A DNA stretch of 64,000 nt from Syntrophales bacterium (lineage in GTDB: Bacteria > Desulfobacterota > Syntrophia > Syntrophales > UBA2210): contig CAXXNF010000001.1 in NCBI GenBank assembly GCA_963666365.2, positions 1,344,001 through 1,408,000 of the forward strand, read 5' to 3'. The position numbers and the translations under genes were made by a program. Each line of letters begins with the position of its first letter. Position 1 is the stretch's first letter. A model generated the notes under the pieces. The model was not told the DNA's origin. It searched no databases and saw only the letters and a program-made list of their open reading frames with translations. Shown one piece after another: positions 49,315 through 59,934 of the stretch.

Positions 49315-49421
49315 GAATACGTTTTTCACAGCCCGTTCCTCTTCCGGAGCATCAAAAAAGGCTTGACAAAACCTCTTGATTATTCATAAATAGCCCCCGC
49401 TGTTAAAACGGATGAAAACAA

Positions 49422-49496
49422 GCGGGCGTAATTCAGCGGTAGAATGTCAGCTTCCCAAGCTGGACGTCGCCGGTTCGATCCCGGTCGCCCGCTCCA
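49422..49496 (+). tRNA. tRNA-Gly (CCC)
   Basis: Cloverleaf: acceptor GCGGGCG/CGCCCGC, D arm ATTC/GAAT, anticodon arm TCAGC-TTCCCAA-GCTGG (CCC at 49454-49456), T loop TTCGATC, discriminator T, encoded CCA. Confidence 0.97.
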
Positions 49497-49558
49497 TTTT
49501 TTTACGTTGCAATAGCGATGCTTTTATGATAGGGGTTTCGTCAAGAAATTCACTTGAT

Positions 49559-49585
49559 TAAAAAGTGGGCGCCGCCCACTTTTTT
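49559..49585 (+). terminator. rimP-leader type terminator hairpin
   Basis: AAAAAAGTGGGC GCC GCCCACTTTTTT just upstream of rimP, the position and GTGGGC/GCCCAC stem typical of rimP-nusA-infB leaders. Confidence 0.75.
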
Positions 49586-49604
49586 AGTTTGATGGTATAT
49601 ATCT

Positions 49605-50078
49605 ATGACATCTCTTACATATCGGGATACAATATGGGAAATGATCGAGCCGGCAATAGAAGCGGCGGGTTTTGAACTGATAGAACTCGAATGCCAGAGA
49701 GGCAAGGTCCGCTGGCTGGTGCGGGCATATATAGATTGTGAAAAGGGTGTGACAATTGACGATTGTGCCACGGTGAGCGGCGAAATCGGCGATATTCTTT
49801 CTGTGTACGATGTTCCTCCCGGACCCTATGATCTCGAGGTGTCTTCGCCCGGCCTCGATCGTCCCCTCTCTCGAGACAGGGATTTCCTCAAATACAGGGG
49901 ATCAACGGTGAAAATCAAGACACGCGAACCCTTGGAGGGGAGAAAGAACTTCAGCGGCCGTCTCGTCGAATATGTCGATGAAGAAGGGCAAAAAACGATT
50001 GTCCTGGAAGTGGATGGAACTACATTTCGCATACCTCGAAGGGTTGTGGCCAAGGCACACCTTCAGTATGATTTATAA
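49605..50078 (+). CDS. rimP: Ribosome maturation factor RimP
   Basis: GVTIDDC, YDLEVSSPGLDRPL; precedes nusA. Confidence 0.95.
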   Translation: MTSLTYRDTIWEMIEPAIEAAGFELIELECQRGKVRWLVRAYIDCEKGVTIDDCATVSGEIGDILSVYDVPPGPYDLEVSSPGLDRPLSRDRDFLKYRGSTVKIKTREPLEGRKNFSGRLVEYVDEEGQKTIVLEVDGTTFRIPRRVVAKAHLQYDL

Positions 50079-50096
50079 GGCGGAGGAAAAAATTCA

Positions 50097-51359
50097 ATGT
50101 TGCCAGACTTGAAGCGTCTTATCGAACTTATGGGAAAAGAAAAGGGGATCGATAAGGAAATAATAATCGATGCGCTGGAAACGGCCGTGCTGACTGCTGC
50201 AAGGAAAAAGATGGGGCAGGACCTGGACCTGGAGGCCGCCTACAACGATGAGGCGGGCGAGGTAGAGGTTTTTCAGTTTAAAACAGTCGTGAATACGGTA
50301 GTAAATCCGGACACCCAGATGTCGCTGGAAGAGGCGAGGGCAACCCTGGACGAGGACGCTGAACTGGGCGACAGCCTCGGCATGAAAATAGAAACAAACA
50401 CCTTCGGAAGAATCGGCGTGCAGACGGCAAAGCAGATAATCATTCAGAAGGTAAAGGATGCCGAGCGGGACAACATCTACGAAGAGTTCAAAGATCGGAA
50501 GGGAAGTCTCGTCAACGGATCGGTGCAGAGGTTTGAAGGGGGAAACATCATCGTCAACCTGGGGAGAACCGAGGGCATAATTCCCACGTCGGAACAGATT
50601 CACAAAGAGGCTTTCCGCCGGGGAGAGAGAATCAGGGCCTATATCTATGATGTAAAGAGGATATCAAAGGGCCCGCAGATTATACTTTCCAGGACTCACC
50701 CCGGTTTTCTGAAAGGGCTTTTCGATCTGGAAGTACCTGAAATATCCGAAGGACTTATAGAAATCGTCAGCGTGGCGCGCGAGCCGGGAAATCGATCGAA
50801 AATAGCGGTTCGTACGAAAGACCGCGATATCGATCCCGTGGGCGCCTGTGTCGGCATGAGGGGATCGAGGGTCCAGGGAGTGGTGCAGGAGTTGCGGGGA
50901 GAAAAGATTGACATTGTTCCCTATTCGGAAGATTCGGTAGCCTATGTGTGCAGTGCCCTTTCGCCTGCCAAGGTAGATCGCGTGATCATCGATGAAGAGG
51001 GTCGTTCCATCGAGGTTGTTGTTCCCGATGATCAGCTGTCGCTGGCAATCGGCAAGAACGGACAGAACGTGAGGCTTGCCGCACGGCTTACGGGATGGAA
51101 AATAGATGTCAAAAACGATACAACAGTGGCGACTCAGAAAGAAGAGGGCGTCAAGGCGCTGGCGGCTATTGAGGGTCTGGATGAGCACACCGCCGAGGTG
51201 CTGTATAACGAGGGATTTAAAAATATTTCCATGGTCGCTTCAGCAAAACCTGATCTGCTCGGCGGCGCCGGCGGCGCCACAGGAGAAAAAGCGGAAGAAT
51301 GGATTGCTGAGGCCGCGAAGTTATTGAAAAAAGGTAAATCAAAGGGATCGGATATGTAA
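50097..51359 (+). CDS. nusA: Transcription elongation factor NusA
   Basis: FGRI..QTAKQ, AREPG.RSKIAV, DPVGACVGMRGSRV, LSLAIGKNGQNVRLA. Confidence 0.97.
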   Translation: MLPDLKRLIELMGKEKGIDKEIIIDALETAVLTAARKKMGQDLDLEAAYNDEAGEVEVFQFKTVVNTVVNPDTQMSLEEARATLDEDAELGDSLGMKIETNTFGRIGVQTAKQIIIQKVKDAERDNIYEEFKDRKGSLVNGSVQRFEGGNIIVNLGRTEGIIPTSEQIHKEAFRRGERIRAYIYDVKRISKGPQIILSRTHPGFLKGLFDLEVPEISEGLIEIVSVAREPGNRSKIAVRTKDRDIDPVGACVGMRGSRVQGVVQELRGEKIDIVPYSEDSVAYVCSALSPAKVDRVIIDEEGRSIEVVVPDDQLSLAIGKNGQNVRLAARLTGWKIDVKNDTTVATQKEEGVKALAAIEGLDEHTAEVLYNEGFKNISMVASAKPDLLGGAGGATGEKAEEWIAEAAKLLKKGKSKGSDM

Positions 51360-51417
51360 GTGAAGGAGTGCATCACTGCACCGATTGTTATCGTCAGTAT
51401 GAGCAGGAGTTTCCGGG

Positions 51418-54093
51418 ATGTCTAAAACGAGAGTGTATGAATTGGCCAAAGAGCTTGAAATCGACGCGAAAGATCTTATCGCCCGTCTGGAAAAACTCGG
51501 CATTGCGGTGAAATCTCACTCGAGCACGCTCGAGGATGATGATGTGGCGCGGGCGCGGCGCGAGCTTGCCCTGGGAGAGCGTGACAAGATTGTCGAGAAA
51601 AGGGTAAAGGCCACCGTTATACGGCGCAGGGCGATTCGAGATCGTGCCGGGAAGGAAATTTCTCCGGAGGCGGTGGAACCCGGAACACCGGAACAGGAAG
51701 AGGCGGTGTTTCAGCCGGTGGAAGAAGCGAAAAGTGAGAAACCTTTTCCTCCGGCCGAAGAGAAGATGCTGCCGGAGAAGGAAAGGCCGCCATCAGAGAA
51801 AGAGAGCCCTCCTGAGACGAAAAAGGAACAGGAAGAGGCGAAAGGGGAAGTGGACGCTGCGGTGCTCCCGCAAGAGGCGGCGCCCGGTGAAATGCCGGCC
51901 GAAGAAAAGTTGGAAGAGGGTGTGTCGAAACAGGAGGAAGCTCCGGTCGAAGAGGCGCAGCCGGTGCTTGAAAAGGAAGAAGGGGCGCCTGCGGTTGAGC
52001 CGCTTCAGGAAGAGAAAGCGACGGCGACTCCTGTCGCGGAATTAAAGAAATCGGCGGAGGTGAAAACACCTCCGGAAGTAAAGCAACAAGAAGGCGCCGA
52101 AAAGAAGGAGACGGCCGAGGAAAAGGAAGCGAGAGAAGAAGCGGCAAAGAAGCGCAAACGCCCCGTTTCGGTGGTAGTCGAGGAGACGCCGGTTCGGAAA
52201 AAGGCCTTTATAAAGCAGATCGTCGAGAGAAAAGAACGACGGGGAGGGCGAGAGCGCGATGCAGAACACATAAAAAGCTGGAAGGAAGAGAAGAAGCCCG
52301 TTGCCGTGGTGATGAAGAAAACGGAAATCACCACACCCAAGGCGATCAAGCGGAGAATCAAAGTCGATGAGGCGATACGGGTCGGCGATCTGGCAAAAAA
52401 GATGGGAGTGAAGACGAACGAAGTCATGAGTAAACTGATATCGCTCGGCATGATGGTCACCATCAATCAATCCATTGATACCGATGTGGCCTCTCTCGTC
52501 GCCGGTGAATTCGGCTACCAGATTGAAGCAGTCAATTTAGAAATGGAAGAGGCAATTCCTCAAATCGAGGCGTCCCCGGAAAAACTGAAGCCGCGCGCAC
52601 CCGTGGTGACCGTCATGGGACATGTCGATCATGGGAAAACGTCGCTCCTCGATGTGATAAGGAAAACAAGCGTGACGGAGGATGAAACCGGAGGCATCAC
52701 ACAGGCCATCGGCGCCTATCATGTCACCATCAACGACCGTGAAATCGTATTTCTCGATACGCCGGGACACGAGGCCTTCACCACTATGCGTGCACGCGGC
52801 GCCAGGGTTACCGACATTGTCGTTCTTGTGGTTGCCGCCGATGATGGAGTGATGGATCAGACCAAAGAGGCAATTAACCATTCGAAGGCAGCCAACGTGC
52901 CCATAATCGTGGCCGTTAACAAGATTGACAAACCGGGGGCCGATCCGGCGCGGATCAAGCAGCAACTTTCCGAATATGGACTGGTGCCGGAGGAGTGGGG
53001 AGGAGACACCATCTTTGCAGAAGTATCGGCAAAACAAAAAACAGGCATTGAAGAACTGTTGGAACTTATTCTCCTCCAGGCCGACATCATGGACCTGCAG
53101 GCAGATCCCGACAGGCCCGCCAAGGGAATCGTCATAGAAGCAAAGCTCGACAAGGGCAGGGGGCCGGTGGCAACCGTGATTATACAGGAGGGTACGCTTT
53201 CCGAAGGCGACGCCTTTGTGTGTAAAACGGAATACGGAAAGGTCCGCGCCATGATGAATGATAAGGGAATGCGTATGCACACCGCAGGTCCGTCCATGCC
53301 GGTCGAGGTAATCGGATTTTCCAGAGTGCCTGCAGCGGGGGTTGATTTCGTCTCGGTGGAGGATGAAAAAAAGGCCCGCGGCATCGGAGAATATTGGTTG
53401 CGGAAAGAGCGTGAAAAGAAACTTTCAAGCACCTCAAAAATAACGCTGGAGCAGCTCTATGACCGCATCAAGGAAGGCGCCAAGGAGCTCAAGGTTATTC
53501 TCAAGGCCGATGTGCAGGGGTCCGTTGAAGCCCTGTCGGAAGCACTGGTGAAGATCGGTTCGGAAGACATCAGTCTCACTATTATTCACGCGTCTACGGG
53601 TACGATCACCGAAACCGACGTCATGCTTGCCTCGGCATCGGATGCCGTCATCATCGGTTACCGGATCAGGCCGGAAGCGAGAATTATGGATCTGGCCGAG
53701 AAAGAGGGCGTGGATCTGAAATTTTATGAGGTCATCTACGATGCAATTGCGGAGATCAAGGCGGCCATGGAAGGACTCCTGGAGCCTGTTTTTGAAGAGA
53801 TGCATGAAGGGTATGCCGAAGTGAGAGAACTGTTCCGTGTTCCCAAGATAGGCATGATTGCAGGAAGTTATGTGACTGACGGGAAGCTGGTGAGAAACGC
53901 GGAGCTGCGGTTGATTCGAGACGGGGTGGTAATTTTTAAAGGAAAATTCCTTTCGCTGAGACGGTTCAAAGACGATGTGAAAGAGGTGCAGTCCGGGTTT
54001 GAGTGCGGAATCGGAATAGAGGGATACGATGATATCAAGGTGGGCGATGTCATCGAGGCATTCACAAAGAAGAGAATTGAACGCACCCTGTAA
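51418..54093 (+). CDS. infB: Translation initiation factor IF-2
   Basis: [10 protein letters not shown]-domain, E/K/P/A-rich linker, [33 protein letters not shown]. Confidence 0.98.
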   Translation: MSKTRVYELAKELEIDAKDLIARLEKLGIAVKSHSSTLEDDDVARARRELALGERDKIVEKRVKATVIRRRAIRDRAGKEISPEAVEPGTPEQEEAVFQPVEEAKSEKPFPPAEEKMLPEKERPPSEKESPPETKKEQEEAKGEVDAAVLPQEAAPGEMPAEEKLEEGVSKQEEAPVEEAQPVLEKEEGAPAVEPLQEEKATATPVAELKKSAEVKTPPEVKQQEGAEKKETAEEKEAREEAAKKRKRPVSVVVEETPVRKKAFIKQIVERKERRGGRERDAEHIKSWKEEKKPVAVVMKKTEITTPKAIKRRIKVDEAIRVGDLAKKMGVKTNEVMSKLISLGMMVTINQSIDTDVASLVAGEFGYQIEAVNLEMEEAIPQIEASPEKLKPRAPVVTVMGHVDHGKTSLLDVIRKTSVTEDETGGITQAIGAYHVTINDREIVFLDTPGHEAFTTMRARGARVTDIVVLVVAADDGVMDQTKEAINHSKAANVPIIVAVNKIDKPGADPARIKQQLSEYGLVPEEWGGDTIFAEVSAKQKTGIEELLELILLQADIMDLQADPDRPAKGIVIEAKLDKGRGPVATVIIQEGTLSEGDAFVCKTEYGKVRAMMNDKGMRMHTAGPSMPVEVIGFSRVPAAGVDFVSVEDEKKARGIGEYWLRKEREKKLSSTSKITLEQLYDRIKEGAKELKVILKADVQGSVEALSEALVKIGSEDISLTIIHASTGTITETDVMLASASDAVIIGYRIRPEARIMDLAEKEGVDLKFYEVIYDAIAEIKAAMEGLLEPVFEEMHEGYAEVRELFRVPKIGMIAGSYVTDGKLVRNAELRLIRDGVVIFKGKFLSLRRFKDDVKEVQSGFECGIGIEGYDDIKVGDVIEAFTKKRIERTL

Positions 54094-54224
54094 GAGAGGC
54101 GTGCCTCATCGCCCTGGAAAGGGAAAATGGAACTAGCCCGGGGGGCTCATGCGGGGGAATGAAGCCTGGCCATTTCCTCCCCGAGAGGGCGCGCGTATTC
54201 CGACAGAGGTGGGGAATCGGAATC

Positions 54225-54563
54225 ATGGTGGTCGGAATAGGCATTATCGAGATCCTTATCGGTGAAAGCCGATCGCTGAAAGAAAAGCGGTCGGTACTGC
54301 GGAAGGTGATTCACAGAACCCAGAACACTTTTTCCCTTACGGTTGCGGAAGTGGGGTCACAGGATAACTGGAAGCGCGGCACACTCGGTTTTGCGGTTAT
54401 AGGAAACGACAGGGGATTTATCGAATCCAAAATGGAGAGCATCGAGCGATTTATCGAGCAACTCCACCTTGTCGAAGTAATAGACTTGAAAAAGGAAGTG
54501 CTCAACATCTCTCACAAGATCGATGGGCGCTATGCCCGAGAAGGCAGGAGTGATGACGATTAA
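54225..54563 (+). CDS. DUF503 (YlxP-like) protein
   Basis: MVVG...SRSLKEKRSV...VAEVG.QD.W; usual position between infB and rbfA. Confidence 0.88.
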   Translation: MVVGIGIIEILIGESRSLKEKRSVLRKVIHRTQNTFSLTVAEVGSQDNWKRGTLGFAVIGNDRGFIESKMESIERFIEQLHLVEVIDLKKEVLNISHKIDGRYAREGRSDDD

Positions 54564-54924
54564 GAGGGCCGAGCGTGTTGCAGACCTCATCAAAGAAGAG
54601 GTTTCACGCATAATGCTTCGTGAAATACGGGACCCGCGCATTCAGCAGATCACGATCACCGATGTGAAAGTGACTGATGACCTGCGGTTCGCAAAACTAT
54701 TTTTCGTTCCCCTGGGACAAAACAGTGTACACGAAGAGACACTGGCGGGATTGCGGCAGGCCTGCGGTTTTTTAAGGAAAGAATTGGGAAAGAGATTACG
54801 GCTTCGATATGTGCCGAACATCGAATTTTTATTTGATGAATCCTTTGCCTATGGCGATCGTATCGAACGGATATTGGATGAACTGCACAAGGCGGAGACC
54901 CCTGATGCTGGAGAAGATAGTTGA
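54553..54924 (+). CDS. rbfA: Ribosome-binding factor A
   Basis: RAERVA, DPRI..ITITDV.VT.DL, LRLRYVP...F.FDES. Confidence 0.95.
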   Translation: MTIKRAERVADLIKEEVSRIMLREIRDPRIQQITITDVKVTDDLRFAKLFFVPLGQNSVHEETLAGLRQACGFLRKELGKRLRLRYVPNIEFLFDESFAYGDRIERILDELHKAETPDAGEDS

Positions 54925-55909
54925 TGCGATAGATGCCTGCCGAAACGTGCTTGTGGCGTCCCATGTGCGCCCCGACGGGGATTCCGTTGGATCGGCGCTT
55001 GCGATGTACCACCTGTTGAGCGACATGGGCAAGGAGGTGGTTGTCTACAGTGAAGACGAGATTCCACCGATATACCGGTTTCTTCCCGGGGCCGAAAGGG
55101 TGGTGTACAGCCTGGGTTCGATCGATCGTTTTGATGCGGCGGTGCTCCTTGACTGCAGCGAGATCGACAGGGTAGGCGCGGAGGCATCCCGCATAGGCAC
55201 AATCGAGCGAATGATCACCATCGATCATCACATATCAAACCGCACATGCTCGCCGCTTGCGATGATCGATACCGCCGCCAGCTCCACCGGGGAGATACTT
55301 TTCCGCTTGATTGAAGCACTGAAAGGCGACATTACGGTGGATATTGCGGTGAACCTTTATACAGCCATTCTGACGGATACGGGATCCTTTCGATATTCCA
55401 ACACGGGGGCCGACACGTTAAGGACAGCGGCCGAACTGGTGGAGCGGGGAGTGGAACCCCACATAGTGGCGCAGCATGTCTTTGAATCAAAGCCGCGTGT
55501 ACAGCTTCATTTGATGGAGCAGGCGTTGAGAACCCTGGAAATGGACCTTGGCGACAGGGTGGGTTCCATTCATTTGAACCAGCGCATGATGAAGGAAACA
55601 GGGGCAAGGCCGGAACATACGGAAGGATTTGTCGATATGGTCCGCGCTATTGAAGGAGTGGAAGTTGCAATTTTTTACTATGAAATGCCCGATCATCAGT
55701 ATAAGATAAGCCTGCGATCAAAGGGGTCCGTTAATGTTGAAAGGGTGGCCGCTGCCTTCGGCGGCGGCGGGCATGTAAACGCAGCTGCCTGTAGAACGGC
55801 CGGTGATATTGAATCGGTAAAAAAGAAACTCCTTGCCTTGGTGCTCGAGGCGCTCAACCGTGCCGGGACGGCTGATGCCTGCAATGGTCTGGAGGGAGGC
55901 AACGAGTGA
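54905..55909 (+). CDS. DHH/DHHA1 phosphoesterase (NrnA-like oligoribonuclease/pAp phosphatase)
   Basis: SHVRPDGDSVGS, IDHH, TDTGSFRY, SLRS, GGGGHVNAA. Confidence 0.92.
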   Translation: MLEKIVDAIDACRNVLVASHVRPDGDSVGSALAMYHLLSDMGKEVVVYSEDEIPPIYRFLPGAERVVYSLGSIDRFDAAVLLDCSEIDRVGAEASRIGTIERMITIDHHISNRTCSPLAMIDTAASSTGEILFRLIEALKGDITVDIAVNLYTAILTDTGSFRYSNTGADTLRTAAELVERGVEPHIVAQHVFESKPRVQLHLMEQALRTLEMDLGDRVGSIHLNQRMMKETGARPEHTEGFVDMVRAIEGVEVAIFYYEMPDHQYKISLRSKGSVNVERVAAAFGGGGHVNAAACRTAGDIESVKKKLLALVLEALNRAGTADACNGLEGGNE

Positions 55910-55946
55910 GAAGGGCGTGCAATTTCAGGAACAAGGTAAGCACACG

Positions 55947-56879
55947 ATGAATGGGGTGATTGTAGTTGACAAACCGCCGGGGAAAACATCCTTCGACATC
56001 GTGCGTGATGTGAAAAAGGCGCTTGGAATAAAAAAAGTCGGCCATACGGGCACCCTCGATCCCCTGGCGACGGGCGTGCTTCCCCTGTGCATCAACGAGG
56101 CGACGAAATTGGTGCAATTTTTTGCAACGGACGACAAGGAGTACCGGGCGACCATGCTGTGCGGGATCACCACCGATACCCAGGATGTGACCGGCACAAT
56201 AACGGGACGGTCTGAGGTGCGCCTGACGAGAAACGATCTGGAGGCCGTAATAAAGGAGTTTACAGGGACCGTCACACAAAGGGTGCCCCGGTATTCAGCC
56301 TGTAAATATAAGGGGAAGCCCTATTATAAGTGGACGCGGGAAGGCCTGTCCCTCGAGACGCCGGTCAGGAATGTGGAGGTGTATGACATCGTTCTTGAGG
56401 AATTTGTTTCCCCCGCTGCAACGTTGCGCATCTCCTGTTCGAAGGGGACCTACATAAGGACTCTTTGTGCCGACATGGGTGATCGCCTGGGGTGCGGCGC
56501 CTCCCTTTCCGAACTGAGAAGAATACGGAGCGGCCGGTTCAATGAAAGAGACGCCCTCTCGCTGGATCATGCCGGTGATGAGGAGAAGGCGCGTCTTATC
56601 AGTGAGCACATAATTCCAATAAGTGAGGCCCTCGACGACTTCACCGCCATTTCCGTCTGCCGGGAAGTGGCGGAAAAAATCAGGGATGGGTATCAGCCGG
56701 AGATTGAAGCATTCACAAAATCGTCTGTTCCTCCGGTGAACAAAGGTGCGATGGTGAAGATTGTAACGGAATACAATCAACTTATCGCGGTAGCCGAAAT
56801 GCTCCTGTCTTCCGAAGAGTTGCCTCAGGCACACGAAAAGGAGCAGGCGGTAAAGCTTATGAGAGTCTTTAATTGCTGA
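55947..56879 (+). CDS. truB: tRNA pseudouridine(55) synthase
   Basis: DKPPG.TS, GHTGTLDPLATGVL, CSKGTYIRTL. Confidence 0.96.
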   Translation: MNGVIVVDKPPGKTSFDIVRDVKKALGIKKVGHTGTLDPLATGVLPLCINEATKLVQFFATDDKEYRATMLCGITTDTQDVTGTITGRSEVRLTRNDLEAVIKEFTGTVTQRVPRYSACKYKGKPYYKWTREGLSLETPVRNVEVYDIVLEEFVSPAATLRISCSKGTYIRTLCADMGDRLGCGASLSELRRIRSGRFNERDALSLDHAGDEEKARLISEHIIPISEALDDFTAISVCREVAEKIRDGYQPEIEAFTKSSVPPVNKGAMVKIVTEYNQLIAVAEMLLSSEELPQAHEKEQAVKLMRVFNC

Positions 56880-56920
56880 ATAGTTATTAAATTGACCGCA
56901 TTAAGGGAGGATACAACACA

Positions 56921-57187
56921 GTGTTAGATGAAGAGAAAAAAAAGGAAATTATAAGCGATTTCAAAAAGCATGAGCAGGACACGGGTTCCCCGGAGGTGCA
57001 GATCGCCCTGCTCAGTGCACGTATCGCCTATTTAACGGATCATTTCAAGGTACACAAGAAGGACCATCATTCCCGTCGGGGACTGCTGAAACTTGTCGGG
57101 CAGAGAAGAAGACTGCTTGATTACCTCAAGAAAAAAGACGTGGAACGTTACCGCGACATTATTAAGCGTCTCGGTTTACGGAGATAA
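56921..57187 (+). CDS. rpsO: 30S ribosomal protein S15
   Basis: [34 protein letters not shown]. Confidence 0.98.
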   Translation: MLDEEKKKEIISDFKKHEQDTGSPEVQIALLSARIAYLTDHFKVHKKDHHSRRGLLKLVGQRRRLLDYLKKKDVERYRDIIKRLGLRR

Positions 57188-57215
57188 CGTCCCTACTAAG
57201 GAGAGAGTGCATACA

Positions 57216-59333
57216 ATGAGCGAAGTGTTTACTGCGGATTTTGCAGGGAAAGAAATAACCATTAAGACCAATTACGTCGCCGGCCAGACGAACGGCGCCG
57301 CCTATGTCCGCTACGGCGATACGGTGGTGCTGGTCACCGCCGTCGCCCAGGCAAGCAAGCGGGAGGGGGGCGATTTTCTGCCTTTGACCGTCGATTACCA
57401 GGAAATGACGTCGGCAGCAGGAAAAATTCCAGGCGGGTTTTTCAAGCGGGAAGGCCGTCCCAACGAAAAGGAAACCCTTACCTCCCGTTTCATCGATCGG
57501 TCCATTCGCCCCCTGTTTCCCGACGGGTACAGCGACGAGACCCAGATTGTTGCAACGGTCCTTTCTTACGACAGCGACAGCGGTTCCGATATTGCCGCCA
57601 TGCTGGGAACATCGGCCGCACTCACCATTTCCGATATTCCCTTCAACGGGCCTATTGCCGGTGTCAGAGTAGGACGGGTAGAGGGTACGCTGGTCTGTAA
57701 TCCGTCCTTAGAGGTCCTTGAAAAAAGCGAGTTGGACCTGTTTCTTGTGGGAAGGAAGGTGGAAGTCGACGCCGCCACGGGCCAATACCAGGTCAACCTT
57801 GTCATGGTGGAAGGGGGCGGTTCTGAAGTATCGGAGGATGCGGTTGTCGAGGCGATTAATTTCGGACTTGACGCGCTGAGATCGGTTATTGATCTTCAGG
57901 ACGAAATGCGCAGGGCCATAGGAAAACCGAAAAAGCAGGTCGCGGTTGCAGAAATCGACGAAGCGCTTCGCAGTAAAGTGCGTGATTACGCTTTTGAAGG
58001 GCTCAATTCGGCCTACCGCATCGCCAAAAAACAGGAACGCTACGAGACAATCGGCGCCGTCAGAAAGGCTGCGATGGAAGAGATCGCCCCGCCGGACGAG
58101 CCGCTTGCGGCCGGCCAGGTGAACGCGATACTGGACGGAATCGAAAGGGATATACTGAGAAACATGATTCTGAATGAGGGTGTCAGGATCGATGCACGAT
58201 CTTCTACGGAGATACGGCCTATTGCCTGTGAGGTGGGAGTGCTTCCACGCACCCACGGCTCGGCGGTTTTTACCCGCGGCGAAACTCAGGCACTGGTGAT
58301 CATGACACTGGGCACCTCCTCGGATGAGCAGCGGCTGGACAGCATCGGTGGCGAAGAGCTGCGCACGTTCATGCTTCATTACAACTTTCCCCCCTACAGC
58401 GTTGGTGAGGTCCGTTTTCTCAGGGGGCCGGGAAGACGTGAAATTGGTCACGGCGCCCTTGCCCGTCGCGCATTGCTTCCCATGATTCCTTCGACTGAGG
58501 AGTTCCCTTACACGATACGGGTCGTATCGGATATTCTTTCATCGAACGGCTCGTCGTCCATGGCCACGGTGTGCGGAGGCACTCTCGCCCTCCTGGACGG
58601 CGGTGTTCCCGTGAAGGGCATGGTAGCGGGTATCGCCATGGGTCTCTTGAAAGAGGGGGAACGCCTCGCCGTGTTGTCGGACATCCTCGGTGATGAAGAT
58701 CATGCAGGGGATATGGATTTCAAAGTATGCGGCACCCGCAAGGGCATTACGGCCATGCAGATGGATATTAAAATCGACGGCATTACGGAAGAAATTTTAC
58801 GAAAGGCCCTTCTTCAGGCAAAGGAAGGAAGGCTTCATATTCTCGGTATTATGGAAAAAGCCCTGTCATCGCCCCGTCCGGAGTTGTCGGCCTATGCCCC
58901 GCGCATTACCACGATGAAGATCAATCCTGAGAGGATTCGCGACGTAATCGGCACTGGCGGAAAAAATATTCGCCATATCATCAGCGAGACAGGCGTGGTC
59001 ATGGATGTCGAGGATGATGGAACGGTGACCATCGCGTCGAATGATGCCGATGCCGCACAGCGCGCCATTGCCATGGTAAAGGCGCTGACCGAAGAGGCGG
59101 AGATCGGGAAGATCTATACCGGAGTGGTGAAAAGGGTCGTCGACTTCGGCGCCTTTGTCGAAATTCTGCCCGGCATTGACGGTCTTGTGCACATATCGCA
59201 GCTTGAAAACAGACGGGTAAGCAAAGTAACCGACGTGATCAACGAAGGTGAGACGGTTTCCGTAAAGGTCATCGACATCGACAAAAACGGCAAGATCAGG
59301 CTGAGCAGGAAAGACGCTCTGGAGGAGAACTGA
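57216..59333 (+). CDS. pnp: Polyribonucleotide nucleotidyltransferase (PNPase)
   Basis: [46 protein letters not shown] and S1 domains. Start at ATG 57216. Confidence 0.98.
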   Translation: MSEVFTADFAGKEITIKTNYVAGQTNGAAYVRYGDTVVLVTAVAQASKREGGDFLPLTVDYQEMTSAAGKIPGGFFKREGRPNEKETLTSRFIDRSIRPLFPDGYSDETQIVATVLSYDSDSGSDIAAMLGTSAALTISDIPFNGPIAGVRVGRVEGTLVCNPSLEVLEKSELDLFLVGRKVEVDAATGQYQVNLVMVEGGGSEVSEDAVVEAINFGLDALRSVIDLQDEMRRAIGKPKKQVAVAEIDEALRSKVRDYAFEGLNSAYRIAKKQERYETIGAVRKAAMEEIAPPDEPLAAGQVNAILDGIERDILRNMILNEGVRIDARSSTEIRPIACEVGVLPRTHGSAVFTRGETQALVIMTLGTSSDEQRLDSIGGEELRTFMLHYNFPPYSVGEVRFLRGPGRREIGHGALARRALLPMIPSTEEFPYTIRVVSDILSSNGSSSMATVCGGTLALLDGGVPVKGMVAGIAMGLLKEGERLAVLSDILGDEDHAGDMDFKVCGTRKGITAMQMDIKIDGITEEILRKALLQAKEGRLHILGIMEKALSSPRPELSAYAPRITTMKINPERIRDVIGTGGKNIRHIISETGVVMDVEDDGTVTIASNDADAAQRAIAMVKALTEEAEIGKIYTGVVKRVVDFGAFVEILPGIDGLVHISQLENRRVSKVTDVINEGETVSVKVIDIDKNGKIRLSRKDALEEN

Positions 59334-59353
59334 CAACAAGGGGTTCTATCTAT

Positions 59354-59806
59354 GTGAAAATGAAATCCCTTATTGTCCCCATCAGAAGGGTAGGAGACGC
59401 GGAGGATATTCCCCTGCCCGGCTACATGTCCCCCGGCGCCGCGGGAATGGATCTGTATGCCGTAATCCCCCGGGAGGAGGTGCTTCATCCCGGGGCGCGC
59501 ATGCTCGTGCCGACGGGCATTGCCGTTGCCCTTCCCGAGGGATATGAGGCACAGATACGGCCGCGAAGCGGACTTGCGGTGCGCTACGGCATTACCCTGC
59601 TCAATTCCCCCGGAACGATCGACGCGGATTACCGGGGGGAAATCAAAATTATCATGATTAACCTCGGTGCCGATCCCTTTACGTTGCGCCGGGGAGATCG
59701 CATTGCGCAAATGGTGGTGCATTCGCTGTGTCGCGTTTCATGGCATGAAACAGAACTGCTTGAAATAACTAAGAGAAACGAAGGGGGATTTGGTCACACG
59801 GGATAG
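59354..59806 (+). CDS. dut: dUTP diphosphatase
   Basis: [38 protein letters not shown]. Confidence 0.96.
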   Translation: MKMKSLIVPIRRVGDAEDIPLPGYMSPGAAGMDLYAVIPREEVLHPGARMLVPTGIAVALPEGYEAQIRPRSGLAVRYGITLLNSPGTIDADYRGEIKIIMINLGADPFTLRRGDRIAQMVVHSLCRVSWHETELLEITKRNEGGFGHTG

Positions 59807-59934
59807 GAGCGGGGGACGCTGAAACGGCATATCAAAGGGAAAAGGTGAGGGTTTCCGGGTAACACTAAATAATTATTGAATTTATATATTTTTTTCTGTT
59901 ATAGTCATCCCAATCCGAGGGAAACGGGTACTCC

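Noticed and set aside
49422..49496. tRNA-Gly as an integration site for an island
   Set aside because: Flanked by core genes (hisD, rimP); no integrase and no duplicated tRNA 3' end seen in the window.
51640..52320. Low-complexity E/K/P/A-rich repetitive stretch
   Set aside because: Normal variable linker of IF-2; the frame is intact.
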